Shown here in pieces: positions 20,628 through 30,349 of a stretch of 64,000 bases of DNA. Origin of the DNA: Sedimentisphaerales bacterium (GTDB lineage Bacteria > Planctomycetota > Phycisphaerae > Sedimentisphaerales > SM23-30); contig CAXXFK010000013.1 of NCBI GenBank assembly GCA_963663965.2, positions 96,001 to 160,000 of the forward strand, given 5' to 3'. The notes beneath the pieces are model-generated. The model saw nothing but the letters and a program-made list of their open reading frames with translations. It ran no database searches and had not been told where the DNA came from. The position numbers and the translations under genes are program-made. Numbering within the stretch: the stretch's first letter is position 1; the number at the start of each line of letters is the position of its first letter.

Positions 20628-21626
20628 ATGAGTTATGAACCAAATCCTCAACGATATGATGCCATGATCTATAACCGATGCGGTCGTAGTGGCTTGAAAT
20701 TACCGGCGATTTCGTTGGGTTTATGGATCAATTTTGGTGGGGTGGACGATTATGAAAACAGCCGCGCCATGATCCGGCGAGCTTTTGACCTGGGGATCAC
20801 CCATTTTGATCTGGCCAATAATTATGGTCCGCCGCCCGGTTCGGCTGAGACGATTTTTGGTCAGATTCTAAAAACCGATCTGGCAAATTATCGTGATGAG
20901 TTAATTATTTCGAGCAAGGCGGGTCATCTGATGTGGGACGGGCCTTATGGCGATTGGGGCTCCCGGAAATACCTGATGGCGTCACTGGACCAGTCGCTGG
21001 GGCGGATGGGTCTGGATTATGTCGATATTTTTTATCATCACCGTTTCGATCCAGAAACGCCGTTGGAAGAGACCATTTCGGCCCTGGCGGATATTGTGCG
21101 GCAGGGGAAGGCGCTGTATGTGGGGCTTTCCAAATATCCGCCCGCTGAGGCCCAGGTTGCGGTTGCGATGTTGAAGCAATTGGGGATTAATTGTTTGATT
21201 CATCAGCAACGTTATTCCATGCTGGTCCGTCATATCGAGACAGGTTTGCTTGACGTCGTGAAGAATCAGGGGACCGGCTGTATTGTTTTTTCGCCACTGG
21301 CCAAAGGGTTACTGACGGACAAGTATCTGAAAGGTATTCCCAATGGCTCGCGCGCCGCCAAGCCGCATGGTTTTATTCAGCGTGATGAACTGTCCAGTGA
21401 GCTGCTTAATAAAGTTCATGAGTTGAATAAAATTGCCGAATGGCGCGGGCAGAGTCTGGCGCAGATGGCCATTGCCTGGTGTTTGCGTCATGATCAGATT
21501 ACCTCGGTTTTGACAGGGGCCAGTTCGGTTGCGCAGATCGAGGCGAACATCGCCAGTCTGCAAAACACCCATTTTACCGATGAAGAACTGGAGGCGATCG
21601 ATCAGATATTGGCGGAGATTCAATAG
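20628..21626 (+). CDS. gpr: Aldo-keto reductase, L-glyceraldehyde-3-phosphate reductase (YghZ/Gpr-like)
   Basis: RCGRSGLKLPAISLGLW, THFDLANNYGPPPGSAE, GPYGDWGSRKY, DYVDIFYHHR. Confidence 0.92.
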   Translation: MSYEPNPQRYDAMIYNRCGRSGLKLPAISLGLWINFGGVDDYENSRAMIRRAFDLGITHFDLANNYGPPPGSAETIFGQILKTDLANYRDELIISSKAGHLMWDGPYGDWGSRKYLMASLDQSLGRMGLDYVDIFYHHRFDPETPLEETISALADIVRQGKALYVGLSKYPPAEAQVAVAMLKQLGINCLIHQQRYSMLVRHIETGLLDVVKNQGTGCIVFSPLAKGLLTDKYLKGIPNGSRAAKPHGFIQRDELSSELLNKVHELNKIAEWRGQSLAQMAIAWCLRHDQITSVLTGASSVAQIEANIASLQNTHFTDEELEAIDQILAEIQ

Positions 21627-21669
21627 GCAGGGCAGAATATTTCCAACTTGATCCAGTTGATAAAATTCT

Positions 21670-22524
21670 ATGAAATCAAAACATTCAGGCAAGTCAAAAG
21701 CATTCAATAAACCCGCTTTGCGGATCCAAGTAACCACTTTGTGGGAATATCCCTCCCAGCATTATGGCGAGTCGGTCCAGGGGGATCCTGATTACCGGGG
21801 GGCAACTCCGAGTTATATTATCTGGAATCTGCTGCAGCGCTACACGAAGGAAAAGGATCTGGTTATTGATCCGATGTGCGGCAGTGGAACGACTCTGGAT
21901 GTCGCGCGGGATTTAAAGCGGCGGGCTTTGGGATATGATGTCAATCCAACCCGGCCGGATATTTTCAGAGTGGATGCCCGGAAGCTGCCGCTGGAAGATG
22001 AGAAGGCGGATTTTGTATTTATCGATCCGCCTTATTCGACTCATATCGATTACAGTGATGATCCGCGTTGCGTCGGGAAACTGCATGCCGGAAGTCCGGA
22101 GTATTATGAGGCGATGCGGTTGGTGATAGGGGAGATCCATCGGATCTTAAGGCCGGACCGCTATATGGGGCTTTATGTCAGCGATTCGCATGAGCCGAAG
22201 AAGGGATTCTTTCCGATCGGGTTTGAGTTGTTTGCCATTCTGCGTGAATATTTTGAGCCGGTGGATATTATTGCGGTGGTGCGGCATAACCGGACGCTGG
22301 AAATGGGAAATTATCGCAAGGCGGCTGAGGAGGGTAATTTTTTTCTGAGGGGATTTAACTATCTTTTTATTATGCGCAAGCCGGAGAAAAAGGTAGTGAC
22401 AAGGCCAAAAGAAACCGGGATTGATCAAGCGGGTAAAGACAGCAGTGTACCCAAGGCGGGATCAAAAGCTAATACAACTCAGGCCAGGCGACGCCGGCCA
22501 CCGGCGCGGCATAATCGTAAGTAG
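21670..22524 (+). CDS. Orphan amino-methyltransferase (DNA methylase/TRM11-like)
   Basis: DPMCGSGTT SAM-binding motif followed by DPPY. Confidence 0.85.
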   Translation: MKSKHSGKSKAFNKPALRIQVTTLWEYPSQHYGESVQGDPDYRGATPSYIIWNLLQRYTKEKDLVIDPMCGSGTTLDVARDLKRRALGYDVNPTRPDIFRVDARKLPLEDEKADFVFIDPPYSTHIDYSDDPRCVGKLHAGSPEYYEAMRLVIGEIHRILRPDRYMGLYVSDSHEPKKGFFPIGFELFAILREYFEPVDIIAVVRHNRTLEMGNYRKAAEEGNFFLRGFNYLFIMRKPEKKVVTRPKETGIDQAGKDSSVPKAGSKANTTQARRRRPPARHNRK

Positions 22525-22559
22525 CTTGTTTGTAGGAAGATACGGTTTTTATGAAAATT

Positions 22560-22590
22560 AAAAAGCCCGACAGGACTGATCCTGCCGGGC
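22560..22590 (-). terminator. Terminator downstream of serA
   Basis: GCCCGGCAGGA/TCCTGTCGGGC stem plus T tract. Confidence 0.75.
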
Positions 22591-22661
22591 CGATGGTCTG
22601 CTAAAACTCAGTATTTCGGTCTGGTTTCAGAGACTTTATCTCAGGTGTTAAAGCAAGTTGT

Positions 22662-24254
22662 TTATTTAACTTTGGGCAACTGGCATACGAAAACCGATTT
22701 GACGAAATCCTGTTTCTGGAATTCGGCAATGGCGGCGGCATCCGGGGCGGCATCGAGGCTGATAGCCAGAACGGCGCTATCCGCAACACGGCCGACACCC
22801 ATGGTACCGATATTCAGTTTATGCTTGCCACAGATGGAACCGACGGCGCCAATCACACCGGGGCGGTCATCATTGAAGATGACCATAATGGTGCCTTCGG
22901 GTGACATTTCCAGCGCGAAGTCATCAATGCCAATGACGCGCGGGATACGTTTGTCGATGATGGTTCCCACAATTTTACGATCGACCTGATCGGTCACGAT
23001 GCGAATGGTCAGCGTGCTGGAGAAATCGCCGGCATCGGGATTTTTGACTTCATCCACGCTCAAGTTACGCTGTTTGGCGATGATGGGGGCGTTGACTTCG
23101 TTGACACCTTCTTCGATCTTTCCCTGCAAGATACCGATCATGGCACTGATGGTAATGGCCGAGATGTTATGTTCGGCGATTTCACCCCGGTAACCGACTT
23201 CCAGTTTCTTGATACTGCCCGGCGCGATGGAACTGAGAATTTTGCCCATGCGTTCGGCCAGGACACGATAGCGCTTGACCTGTTCGGGCAGGGATTTGTC
23301 GAGACCGGGTACATTGACGGCGTTGCGGATCTGGGTGCCGCGAATGGCATCGACCAGTTCTTTGGCGGCATCGACGGCCACTTCGATCTGGGCTTCTTCG
23401 GTACTGGCGCCCAAGTGGGGTGTGACAATACAGTTATCGAGCTTTTCGAACCGGCGGTTGGTGGGAGGTTCTTCGGCGAAGACATCGAGGGCGGCGCCGG
23501 TGATGCGTTTGGATTCGAGGGCGTCGTAAAGATCGTCTTCGTTGATGACCGCGCCACGGGCGACGTTGATGATCCGGGCGTTTGGCTTCATTTCGCTGAT
23601 CAGTTCTTTATTGATCATCCCGCGGGTCTGATCGGTCACGGGAACGTGCAGGGTGATAAAATCGCTAACCCGGCAGAGTTCTTTGAGGTCGGTGACGACT
23701 TCAACGCCTTCCTGTTCGGCGACTTCGGGTGCGGCGACCGGATCATAGCCAACGATATTCATTTTGAGGCCCATGGCGCGACGAGCCACGCTCATGCCGA
23801 TACGTCCCAGACCGATGACGCCGAGGGTTTTGCCCAAAAGCTGGGTACCCATATAGGTTTTGCGGTCCCATTTGCCACCTTTGAGCGAGGCATTGGCCTG
23901 GGGGATAAAGCGGGAGGCGGCCATCATGAGGGCCACGGTGTGTTCGGCGGCGCTGATGGTGTTGCCATCGGGGGTGTTCATGACGATGACACCTTTTTGG
24001 GTGGCGACGGGGATATCGACATTGTCGACACCGACGCCGGCACGGGCCACGCCTTTGAGGCGGCCGGGATTTTCCAGTACTTTGGCGGTTACTTTTGAGC
24101 CGCTACGGATAATCAGGCCGTCGTATTCGCCGATGATCGAGGCCAGTTCCTCTTCGCTGATGCCCACTTTTTCGGTCAGTTCTACATCGTCCTGGCTTTT
24201 GAGCCAATCGAGGCCTTCTTTTGCCAGTTTATCGGTTACCAATATTTTTATCAC
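22662..24254 (-). CDS. serA: D-3-phosphoglycerate dehydrogenase (ASB+ACT type)
   Basis: RAGVGVDNVD, GLGRIG, INVARG, TPHLGASTEEAQ, C-terminal DRPGVIG ACT domain. Confidence 0.97.
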   Translation of the reverse strand: MIKILVTDKLAKEGLDWLKSQDDVELTEKVGISEEELASIIGEYDGLIIRSGSKVTAKVLENPGRLKGVARAGVGVDNVDIPVATQKGVIVMNTPDGNTISAAEHTVALMMAASRFIPQANASLKGGKWDRKTYMGTQLLGKTLGVIGLGRIGMSVARRAMGLKMNIVGYDPVAAPEVAEQEGVEVVTDLKELCRVSDFITLHVPVTDQTRGMINKELISEMKPNARIINVARGAVINEDDLYDALESKRITGAALDVFAEEPPTNRRFEKLDNCIVTPHLGASTEEAQIEVAVDAAKELVDAIRGTQIRNAVNVPGLDKSLPEQVKRYRVLAERMGKILSSIAPGSIKKLEVGYRGEIAEHNISAITISAMIGILQGKIEEGVNEVNAPIIAKQRNLSVDEVKNPDAGDFSSTLTIRIVTDQVDRKIVGTIIDKRIPRVIGIDDFALEMSPEGTIMVIFNDDRPGVIGAVGSICGKHKLNIGTMGVGRVADSAVLAISLDAAPDAAAIAEFQKQDFVKSVFVCQLPKVK

Positions 24255-25053
24255 AGCATTACCCTTTCATAAAAAGCCGTATAAACTTGTCTTTTCAACC
24301 AGTTCCTCATACTTCTAAGGACCTGTGATTATGGTGATCGCACTTTATTTTGTCCAGTATTTTTCAGGGCTCTTTGTCGGGAATTAGAAGAAAAAGGGGA
24401 GGGGAATGGCTATTTAATATTTACCTGGTTCGGATAAACTGTTATTGAAGAAAAAATATCTCACATGAAGGCGCGATGGCACGAAGGCAAGAAGACGAGC
24501 AGGCGAGTAGAAAAGTAGGTAAGAAGTTAAGAAGGTCAAAACGGCGGGGGGATGGGGCAGGGGTGGATTGACCTGGATATTCGGTTTCGGGGATAAGCGT
24601 CAACATTGTTTCTGATATGGCGTGTATGTCAATTGCATATAATGAGTTACGAGATTGTTTTTTGTCATTGGGTTCGTTTGGCGTTGGTGGTTGTTTACGA
24701 GGGTGGATCGGTATGGGAGGCTGGTGGTATCGCAAGCGGGTGGCCTGAGATGGATTGCCAGGTGGGAGGAGGATACGCTGAAAAACAGTCATACAGGCCG
24801 GTTTAACGGGGGGAGCGGTTGGGGGGATGATTTGGCTTGAGGGAGTCCTGATAAAATAACTTGTAAGAGAAAAACGCTATAAGGGATAGTAATATAATTG
24901 GTTATGATCGATCTGGCCGGCGTTGGGTTCGTTTGGGCTCGGGTAGGGTGGGTGGAGATTGGTTGTCGGACTGGTGATAGAGGGCGATTGGGGAATTGGA
25001 GGGGGAATGTCAATTAGGCCAAATTGGACAGCCCATATTGTGGCGATATTTAA

Positions 25054-25065
25054 TTTTCAAAGAAC
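25054..25065 (-). promoter_or_regulatory. boxA-like antitermination motif
   Basis: GTTCTTTGAAAA on the minus strand ~70 nt downstream of a consensus promoter. Confidence 0.45.
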
Positions 25066-25137
25066 GTTTTCAGGGTTGATATTTATTTACGTTACCCATT
25101 CAGTTAAAAGGGAGTCTGGTTAACCCTGATCATTGGT

Positions 25138-25166
25138 ATTATAGAGTTCGTTTTTGTGTATGTCAA
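25138..25166 (-). promoter_or_regulatory. Perfect sigma70 promoter
   Basis: TTGACA-N17-TATAAT on the minus strand. Confidence 0.8.
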
Positions 25167-25236
25167 ACAAATTGGAATATTAATTTATTTATAAATGCTG
25201 GTCTTAAATAGTATCTTTTTGAGAAAGACCTGTGGA

Positions 25237-25334
25237 ACCACTCCAGCAAAGTAAGGCGATCCTTTTCAGGTGCTTAAAAGGTGATGGGGCGTAGTTTGAT
25301 AGTGATAACCATGCAATATTATTTCTGGAGTGGT
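25237..25334. mobile_element. MITE-like 98-bp element
   Basis: Terminal inverted repeats ACCACTCCAG / CTGGAGTGGT; no ORF. Confidence 0.4.
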
Positions 25335-25555
25335 CCTGAGCAGGATGATGTCAAGAAAAGGCACACAGGTTGATGGAGGAGGTCATGGGGTAGAGGAAAT
25401 GCCTTAACTGACCTGTCAACATCTTTTCAATTCATCAGACAGGTTTCATTTTCCAATTAGTTCTGAGCATAGTCTATTTTTAGACAGAGCTGTCTATTAT
25501 GGCCACTTGAAACCTATTCCGGCTCATAGAAAATAAGAAAATATGAAATAAATGA

Positions 25556-25582
25556 GGCCGGTATCAATCGGTGATACCGGCC
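25556..25582 (-). terminator. Hairpin downstream of 25635..27173
   Basis: GGCCGGTATCA/TGATACCGGCC stem. Confidence 0.6.
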
Positions 25583-25634
25583 CCTGTTTAACGTCATATA
25601 TTCGATTGAAAAACACCCCATAAGCCGGACAACA

Positions 25635-27173
25635 CTATTTAGTAACCGGTGCTGTTAATGTATAGTCATTGAGCCATGCAGCGGCTATGATAGCAAAATC
25701 TTTCAGGTTGGTGACACAGTCTTCGTTTAGGTCCGTTTCTTCCGACTGGCCGTTACCTTCACGAGTGGCCTGGCAGGCATCTTTAAACACTCTAAGTAAG
25801 ACAGAACCTTCCACCGGAGTTGGATTGAATACATCGCCAACCGAAACCGAAACCGTCACCGAAGCTTCTTCTGTACTGGCATGGGTCATAGTCACTTTCG
25901 GATCCGCATAACCGGAAAATGGACCGGTATAGGTATAAGTGACACCGCCACCAGGAGTAAATGAAACACCTTCGGCAGGATCTGCCGTCCAGGTTACCGT
26001 TACATTTGACTTACCGTCATCGCCAAGCCCGGAAACCAACTGAACTTCCTGACCGGACCAGGTAATCTGATTGTTCATGGCACTGAGCGTTGGGGGAAGG
26101 TCATCAGTAACATTAAATGAATAGACAAAACCTTCGATCGGTTCTCCAATCAGGACACCGGTGCCGTCTTTGCCATATATATAGGCATCCACTTCCCAGT
26201 AGTAGGTACCAACGGCCAGCGGGACACCTGGAACCGCTGCGGAAGTTCCCGTTGTCCCTGAAACGATCCTGGTGTAATTTGAGCTCAGCTTGTTCGGCTC
26301 AGTACCAAACCATACATCGTAGTAGATCGAATCTTCCGGAACATTCGGCTCCAGAACCTTTATGTCAAAATAATCATTCGACCAGATCAATTCTGTCAGA
26401 GCGGTATCTTTCACGGTAGATTCATCTGCCGGTGCTATATTCATGACCGTCGGAAAATCAATCGCGGTCAGGATCGTATTGCCGCCTGTTACCACGATAC
26501 GGACATTATTGTTATGGCCAAAACCCGTAATTCTTCCGTCTGTAACTTCTTGTTTGACATTACCGGATTCATTGCCGATAATCACGATCCTGCCAAATTT
26601 AATATCCACATTACTGTCCGGGTGGATGGCACTGACATCATTAAAGCGGTCCAGGTTCAGTTCGCCAACATTCACATTAACAAATCCGTAAGTACCGGCA
26701 TTGTTATAAAAGTTGCAGCCAAACCCGCCCTTGACTTCTACATATCCGCCGTTGATATCGAGCATGCCAATTCCATTGGCTTGCTGCCCGACCCACAGAT
26801 GGCCGCCAAATCGTGCCGAACCGCCGGTTTCAACGATCATGTGGGCGGTATTGTTGAATCCAATACCCGTCCAGTTGGTACCGGTATTCAGGGCTCCACC
26901 GTTAACGATACGGGTCACGCCGCCCGGTCCACCGTCACCCTGAACGATATAACTGCAAACCGCAGGGCCTGAGATAATACACTCGGCGGCATCAGGGATA
27001 TTAAACACCACTTTATCACTGCCAACAGGGATCGCATTGTTGTCCCAGTTTGCTGGGGTTCCCCAGTCACCGGTATCCGGTGGAGTAATTCCATTTGCTG
27101 CGGGATTCCACACAGCGGCACTTGCCAAACCGGCCATGCTCAAGATCATACATAATACTATTAAGTTTTTCAT
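25635..27173 (-). CDS. Secreted Gly-rich beta-repeat protein with dockerin-like tail
   Basis: Signal peptide, W...NW, GG-rich strands, YYWEVD, DLNEDCVTNLKDFA..WL. Confidence 0.85.
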   Translation of the reverse strand: MKNLIVLCMILSMAGLASAAVWNPAANGITPPDTGDWGTPANWDNNAIPVGSDKVVFNIPDAAECIISGPAVCSYIVQGDGGPGGVTRIVNGGALNTGTNWTGIGFNNTAHMIVETGGSARFGGHLWVGQQANGIGMLDINGGYVEVKGGFGCNFYNNAGTYGFVNVNVGELNLDRFNDVSAIHPDSNVDIKFGRIVIIGNESGNVKQEVTDGRITGFGHNNNVRIVVTGGNTILTAIDFPTVMNIAPADESTVKDTALTELIWSNDYFDIKVLEPNVPEDSIYYDVWFGTEPNKLSSNYTRIVSGTTGTSAAVPGVPLAVGTYYWEVDAYIYGKDGTGVLIGEPIEGFVYSFNVTDDLPPTLSAMNNQITWSGQEVQLVSGLGDDGKSNVTVTWTADPAEGVSFTPGGGVTYTYTGPFSGYADPKVTMTHASTEEASVTVSVSVGDVFNPTPVEGSVLLRVFKDACQATREGNGQSEETDLNEDCVTNLKDFAIIAAAWLNDYTLTAPVTK

Positions 27174-27281
27174 TTTTTATCACCTTTTAAAATATTTATT
27201 TTTAATAAATGGTAAACATTTAATACTATAATACTGGACGCTTGGGATTACTCCCAGGCATCTGACAGATCATAAACTTAA

Positions 27282-29822
27282 TTAGTCTTCAATGGGGCCG
27301 GTCAACGAGTAATCATCAAGCCATGCGGCCGCAAAATCTGCGAAATCATCGAGATCGGTAATGCAGTCCTTATTAAAGTCGGTTGGATTATCGGCCGCTA
27401 GAGCCTTGCTTAAAGTCGCCTTGCAGGCCGTATCATACACATCGATCGTCATGGAATCCGTCTTGGTATCAGGATAGGTTTCGTCGTTGATCACAACGGT
27501 TATCGTCACAGGAATCGGATCCGCGGACGGCTCGGCACCTGCCGGCATATCATAGGTAACCGTTAATGTCGCACGATTAGAAACTTCAGCCATACCAGCG
27601 TAGCATTCGATCTCCTGAACCGGAGTGGTCCCGCCAGTAAGAGGATCAGCCAGAGCCAGATAGACATCCGGGTAGATCATCAGTGCCAAATTGTTATTCG
27701 GCGACCACCCTTCACGATTGACAATCTCCTGGATCAGAACCTTAATATCAGGAGTATCCACTTTTGAACCAACCGCGGGACTGCCGGCAGGCGCCCAAGC
27801 AACCGATGCGGCCGATTTTTCGCGAGTGATAATATTGGGATCCGCCAAAAAGTCCGGCGCATTATCGACCGGCTGAACAAAGAGGGTAAAATCGTTGCTG
27901 TTGCCTTCATATTCATTGCCCGGATTTGACACGGTAAAGGTTATCTTCGCGCTGTTGATAGTCGAACCTTGAGGGATCCCCAGATCCTTGAACACCAGAC
28001 CCACAGTCTGCCAATCCAGACCGCCGACATCTTCGGAACCAACCTCCAGGCCCGTACGCTGCAAATCGAAACTGCCATAATTGCTGTCTGTATTCAACGC
28101 GTGGTTATTGATATGCTGTTCGGCATCATATTCCTGACCGGCAATTGCATTCGATGTCGTACGCTTGCTGGTGTCAACCGTAACGGTTGGAGTTGCCATA
28201 TCAGGATCGGCCGGATCAAAGGTCACACCATAGCCGGGCTCTGCACTCCAGTTATAATGGGTTACCGATGTCGAAGGAGGATCAACAGCCACCGCGTTTA
28301 AGGGAGTGGCCTGACCCGACCAGGAGATCATGTCGTCACCGAGATCGACTGAAACCACCGGCTTGTCATCGGTCGCCATAAAGGACCATTGGTCTCCGGT
28401 ACTCACCGTGGGTTCACCCGGTCCGCCATAAGAGGTGGTCGCGGGATCACCTTCAAGATAGGAGTCCACTCGCCAGACATATGAGCCATTGACGGGAAGA
28501 GTTGCTTCCACTACCAGGCCGTTGGTATCCTGGCCATCTACGATCTTCGTCCAGGTACCCGTGTCAGTGCCAAACCATACATCAACATATGTCGTAGTGA
28601 TATTCGAATTGGGATCGGCCGTATTGGGATCGGCATCGATCCAATCCAATATTACCTTTCTTTCTTCACCTTCTTCCAATGAGACAAATCCATTATCGGC
28701 AGGGGAGGGATTCCAGGCCTTATGGAATGTCGCTGTTATTATCGTCTTGTCGGGAATGGTCGTGGTATCATAAACCAACTCGCCCTCGCCGCCATAGGCA
28801 GTAATGTAGCCATCGTCAACATAACGCTTGAATGTTGTCGGGTCGGTCAGTATCAGTGTGCCTTTTCTGAAATCCATCCTGGGTTGAGCGGTTGTGGCAC
28901 CGGCCCACTGCATCTCTGCATGGTGAGCTGTAATCGTACCGCCATAAAGTAAAACGGTTCCTCTGCTGCCATTGTCCCTGGACACCGTCAATGGGCCGCC
29001 GGTTGTAATCGATCCGCCGTTCATCATTAAGGTACCTGTGCCATTCTCAGCGACATAAAACACACCGGTCCCCATTGTAATCGCGGCGTTATCGTTCATG
29101 GTCAACTCGCCTGCACCATCGTCGCCAATCTTAAGATAATCAGCGCCGGTAAGCGTGATTGACGCATTGTCATTCATAATGACATACCCCTTGCCTGAAC
29201 CGTTATCTCCGAACTGCAGATCATTGCCGACGGTCATCGAACTGTCATCGCTCATGATCAGCTCGGCTGTACCTGAGACTCCAAATGTCACTAGATCAGA
29301 AGCCTGGATCCGCGAATTGCCGCTCATGACAATTTTGCCATAACCAATGACAGCAGAACCGACAATCAGGTCTCTGCCATTTGGCAATACAATCTTTCCG
29401 TCACCAGTCATATTCACATATCCCATCGCCTCACGGCCGACAGTCAGGTTATTGCTGTCAACCGTAACAACGCCGCCGCTGACATTAAAGGTTCCGGCCC
29501 TGTCGGTACCGCCGTTATATCCAATGATAAACCAGCTTTTTGCCAACAGCGTACCGCCGGTGATGCCAAGAACGCTGCCGGGTAAAGAATTGGTCAGGTC
29601 GATCTCTAGAGTAACGGCATCACCTGAAACAATAATCGGGCCGTTGGTTATTGTGCCGCGGATATTTGTCTTCTGAGTCGCGTTGGGTACACCACCGGTC
29701 CAACTGCTTGCCTCCCACCAATCTGGATTTGCGTTGCCATTCCAGGTCGTTTCTGCCAAGGCGCTGCCAACCATTCCCGGCACCATCACTAACATCGCCA
29801 ATAAACATAATAATTTTCTCAT
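27282..29822 (-). CDS. Secreted beta-helix-like repeat protein with dockerin-like tail (paralogue of 25635..27173)
   Basis: ATG after GGAGGT; repeated G..G...M..nA.I units; YVWRVD; DFNKDCITDLDDFA..WL. Confidence 0.85.
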   Translation of the reverse strand: MRKLLCLLAMLVMVPGMVGSALAETTWNGNANPDWWEASSWTGGVPNATQKTNIRGTITNGPIIVSGDAVTLEIDLTNSLPGSVLGITGGTLLAKSWFIIGYNGGTDRAGTFNVSGGVVTVDSNNLTVGREAMGYVNMTGDGKIVLPNGRDLIVGSAVIGYGKIVMSGNSRIQASDLVTFGVSGTAELIMSDDSSMTVGNDLQFGDNGSGKGYVIMNDNASITLTGADYLKIGDDGAGELTMNDNAAITMGTGVFYVAENGTGTLMMNGGSITTGGPLTVSRDNGSRGTVLLYGGTITAHHAEMQWAGATTAQPRMDFRKGTLILTDPTTFKRYVDDGYITAYGGEGELVYDTTTIPDKTIITATFHKAWNPSPADNGFVSLEEGEERKVILDWIDADPNTADPNSNITTTYVDVWFGTDTGTWTKIVDGQDTNGLVVEATLPVNGSYVWRVDSYLEGDPATTSYGGPGEPTVSTGDQWSFMATDDKPVVSVDLGDDMISWSGQATPLNAVAVDPPSTSVTHYNWSAEPGYGVTFDPADPDMATPTVTVDTSKRTTSNAIAGQEYDAEQHINNHALNTDSNYGSFDLQRTGLEVGSEDVGGLDWQTVGLVFKDLGIPQGSTINSAKITFTVSNPGNEYEGNSNDFTLFVQPVDNAPDFLADPNIITREKSAASVAWAPAGSPAVGSKVDTPDIKVLIQEIVNREGWSPNNNLALMIYPDVYLALADPLTGGTTPVQEIECYAGMAEVSNRATLTVTYDMPAGAEPSADPIPVTITVVINDETYPDTKTDSMTIDVYDTACKATLSKALAADNPTDFNKDCITDLDDFADFAAAWLDDYSLTGPIED

Positions 29823-30349
29823 TATCAGACTACCTCCAATCAAAAAGGAGTAAAAAATTGCCGACGCCTTAACGGTTGAAGCAAGGACGGCATAACACTA
29901 TCAAATAATAATAAAAACCCTTTACATGAATTTTTTTTTCTCTCATGCCACTTTTCCTCCGACATAAACACGCACAGGCGTTTAACTGATGCCGAGCCAG
30001 ATCCCCAGCAAGAGATGTCTCTGTTTGTCCTACTTATTATTTGCATAAAGCCGAGCAAAAAAGTAATAAAACTTACAATATGGCATAAAATGAAAATACT
30101 TAACTGCAAGCCAATAAAAAGTTTTGCGTTTAATTCTATTATAGACAAAATCGGCAAACAAAAAAGCCATTATAAGAAAATCATTATCCATTTTAGGATA
30201 TTTTGTTTTTTTCCGAATTCTGCTATACTGTCGGAAGCCCTTTGGCAAACAACAATCGAAAATTAACAACAGGCACCATAACCACCTTTTAATACAGCAC
30301 TTACATATTTAAAAAAACAGCCCCCCATCAACCAAGGACAGAAAAACGC

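Noticed and set aside
17857..22524. HNH plus methyltransferase as a restriction-modification system
   Set aside because: 3 kb apart, on opposite strands, separated by unrelated genes; both types commonly occur alone
23169..24098. 309-aa + strand ORF
   Set aside because: Antisense shadow of serA
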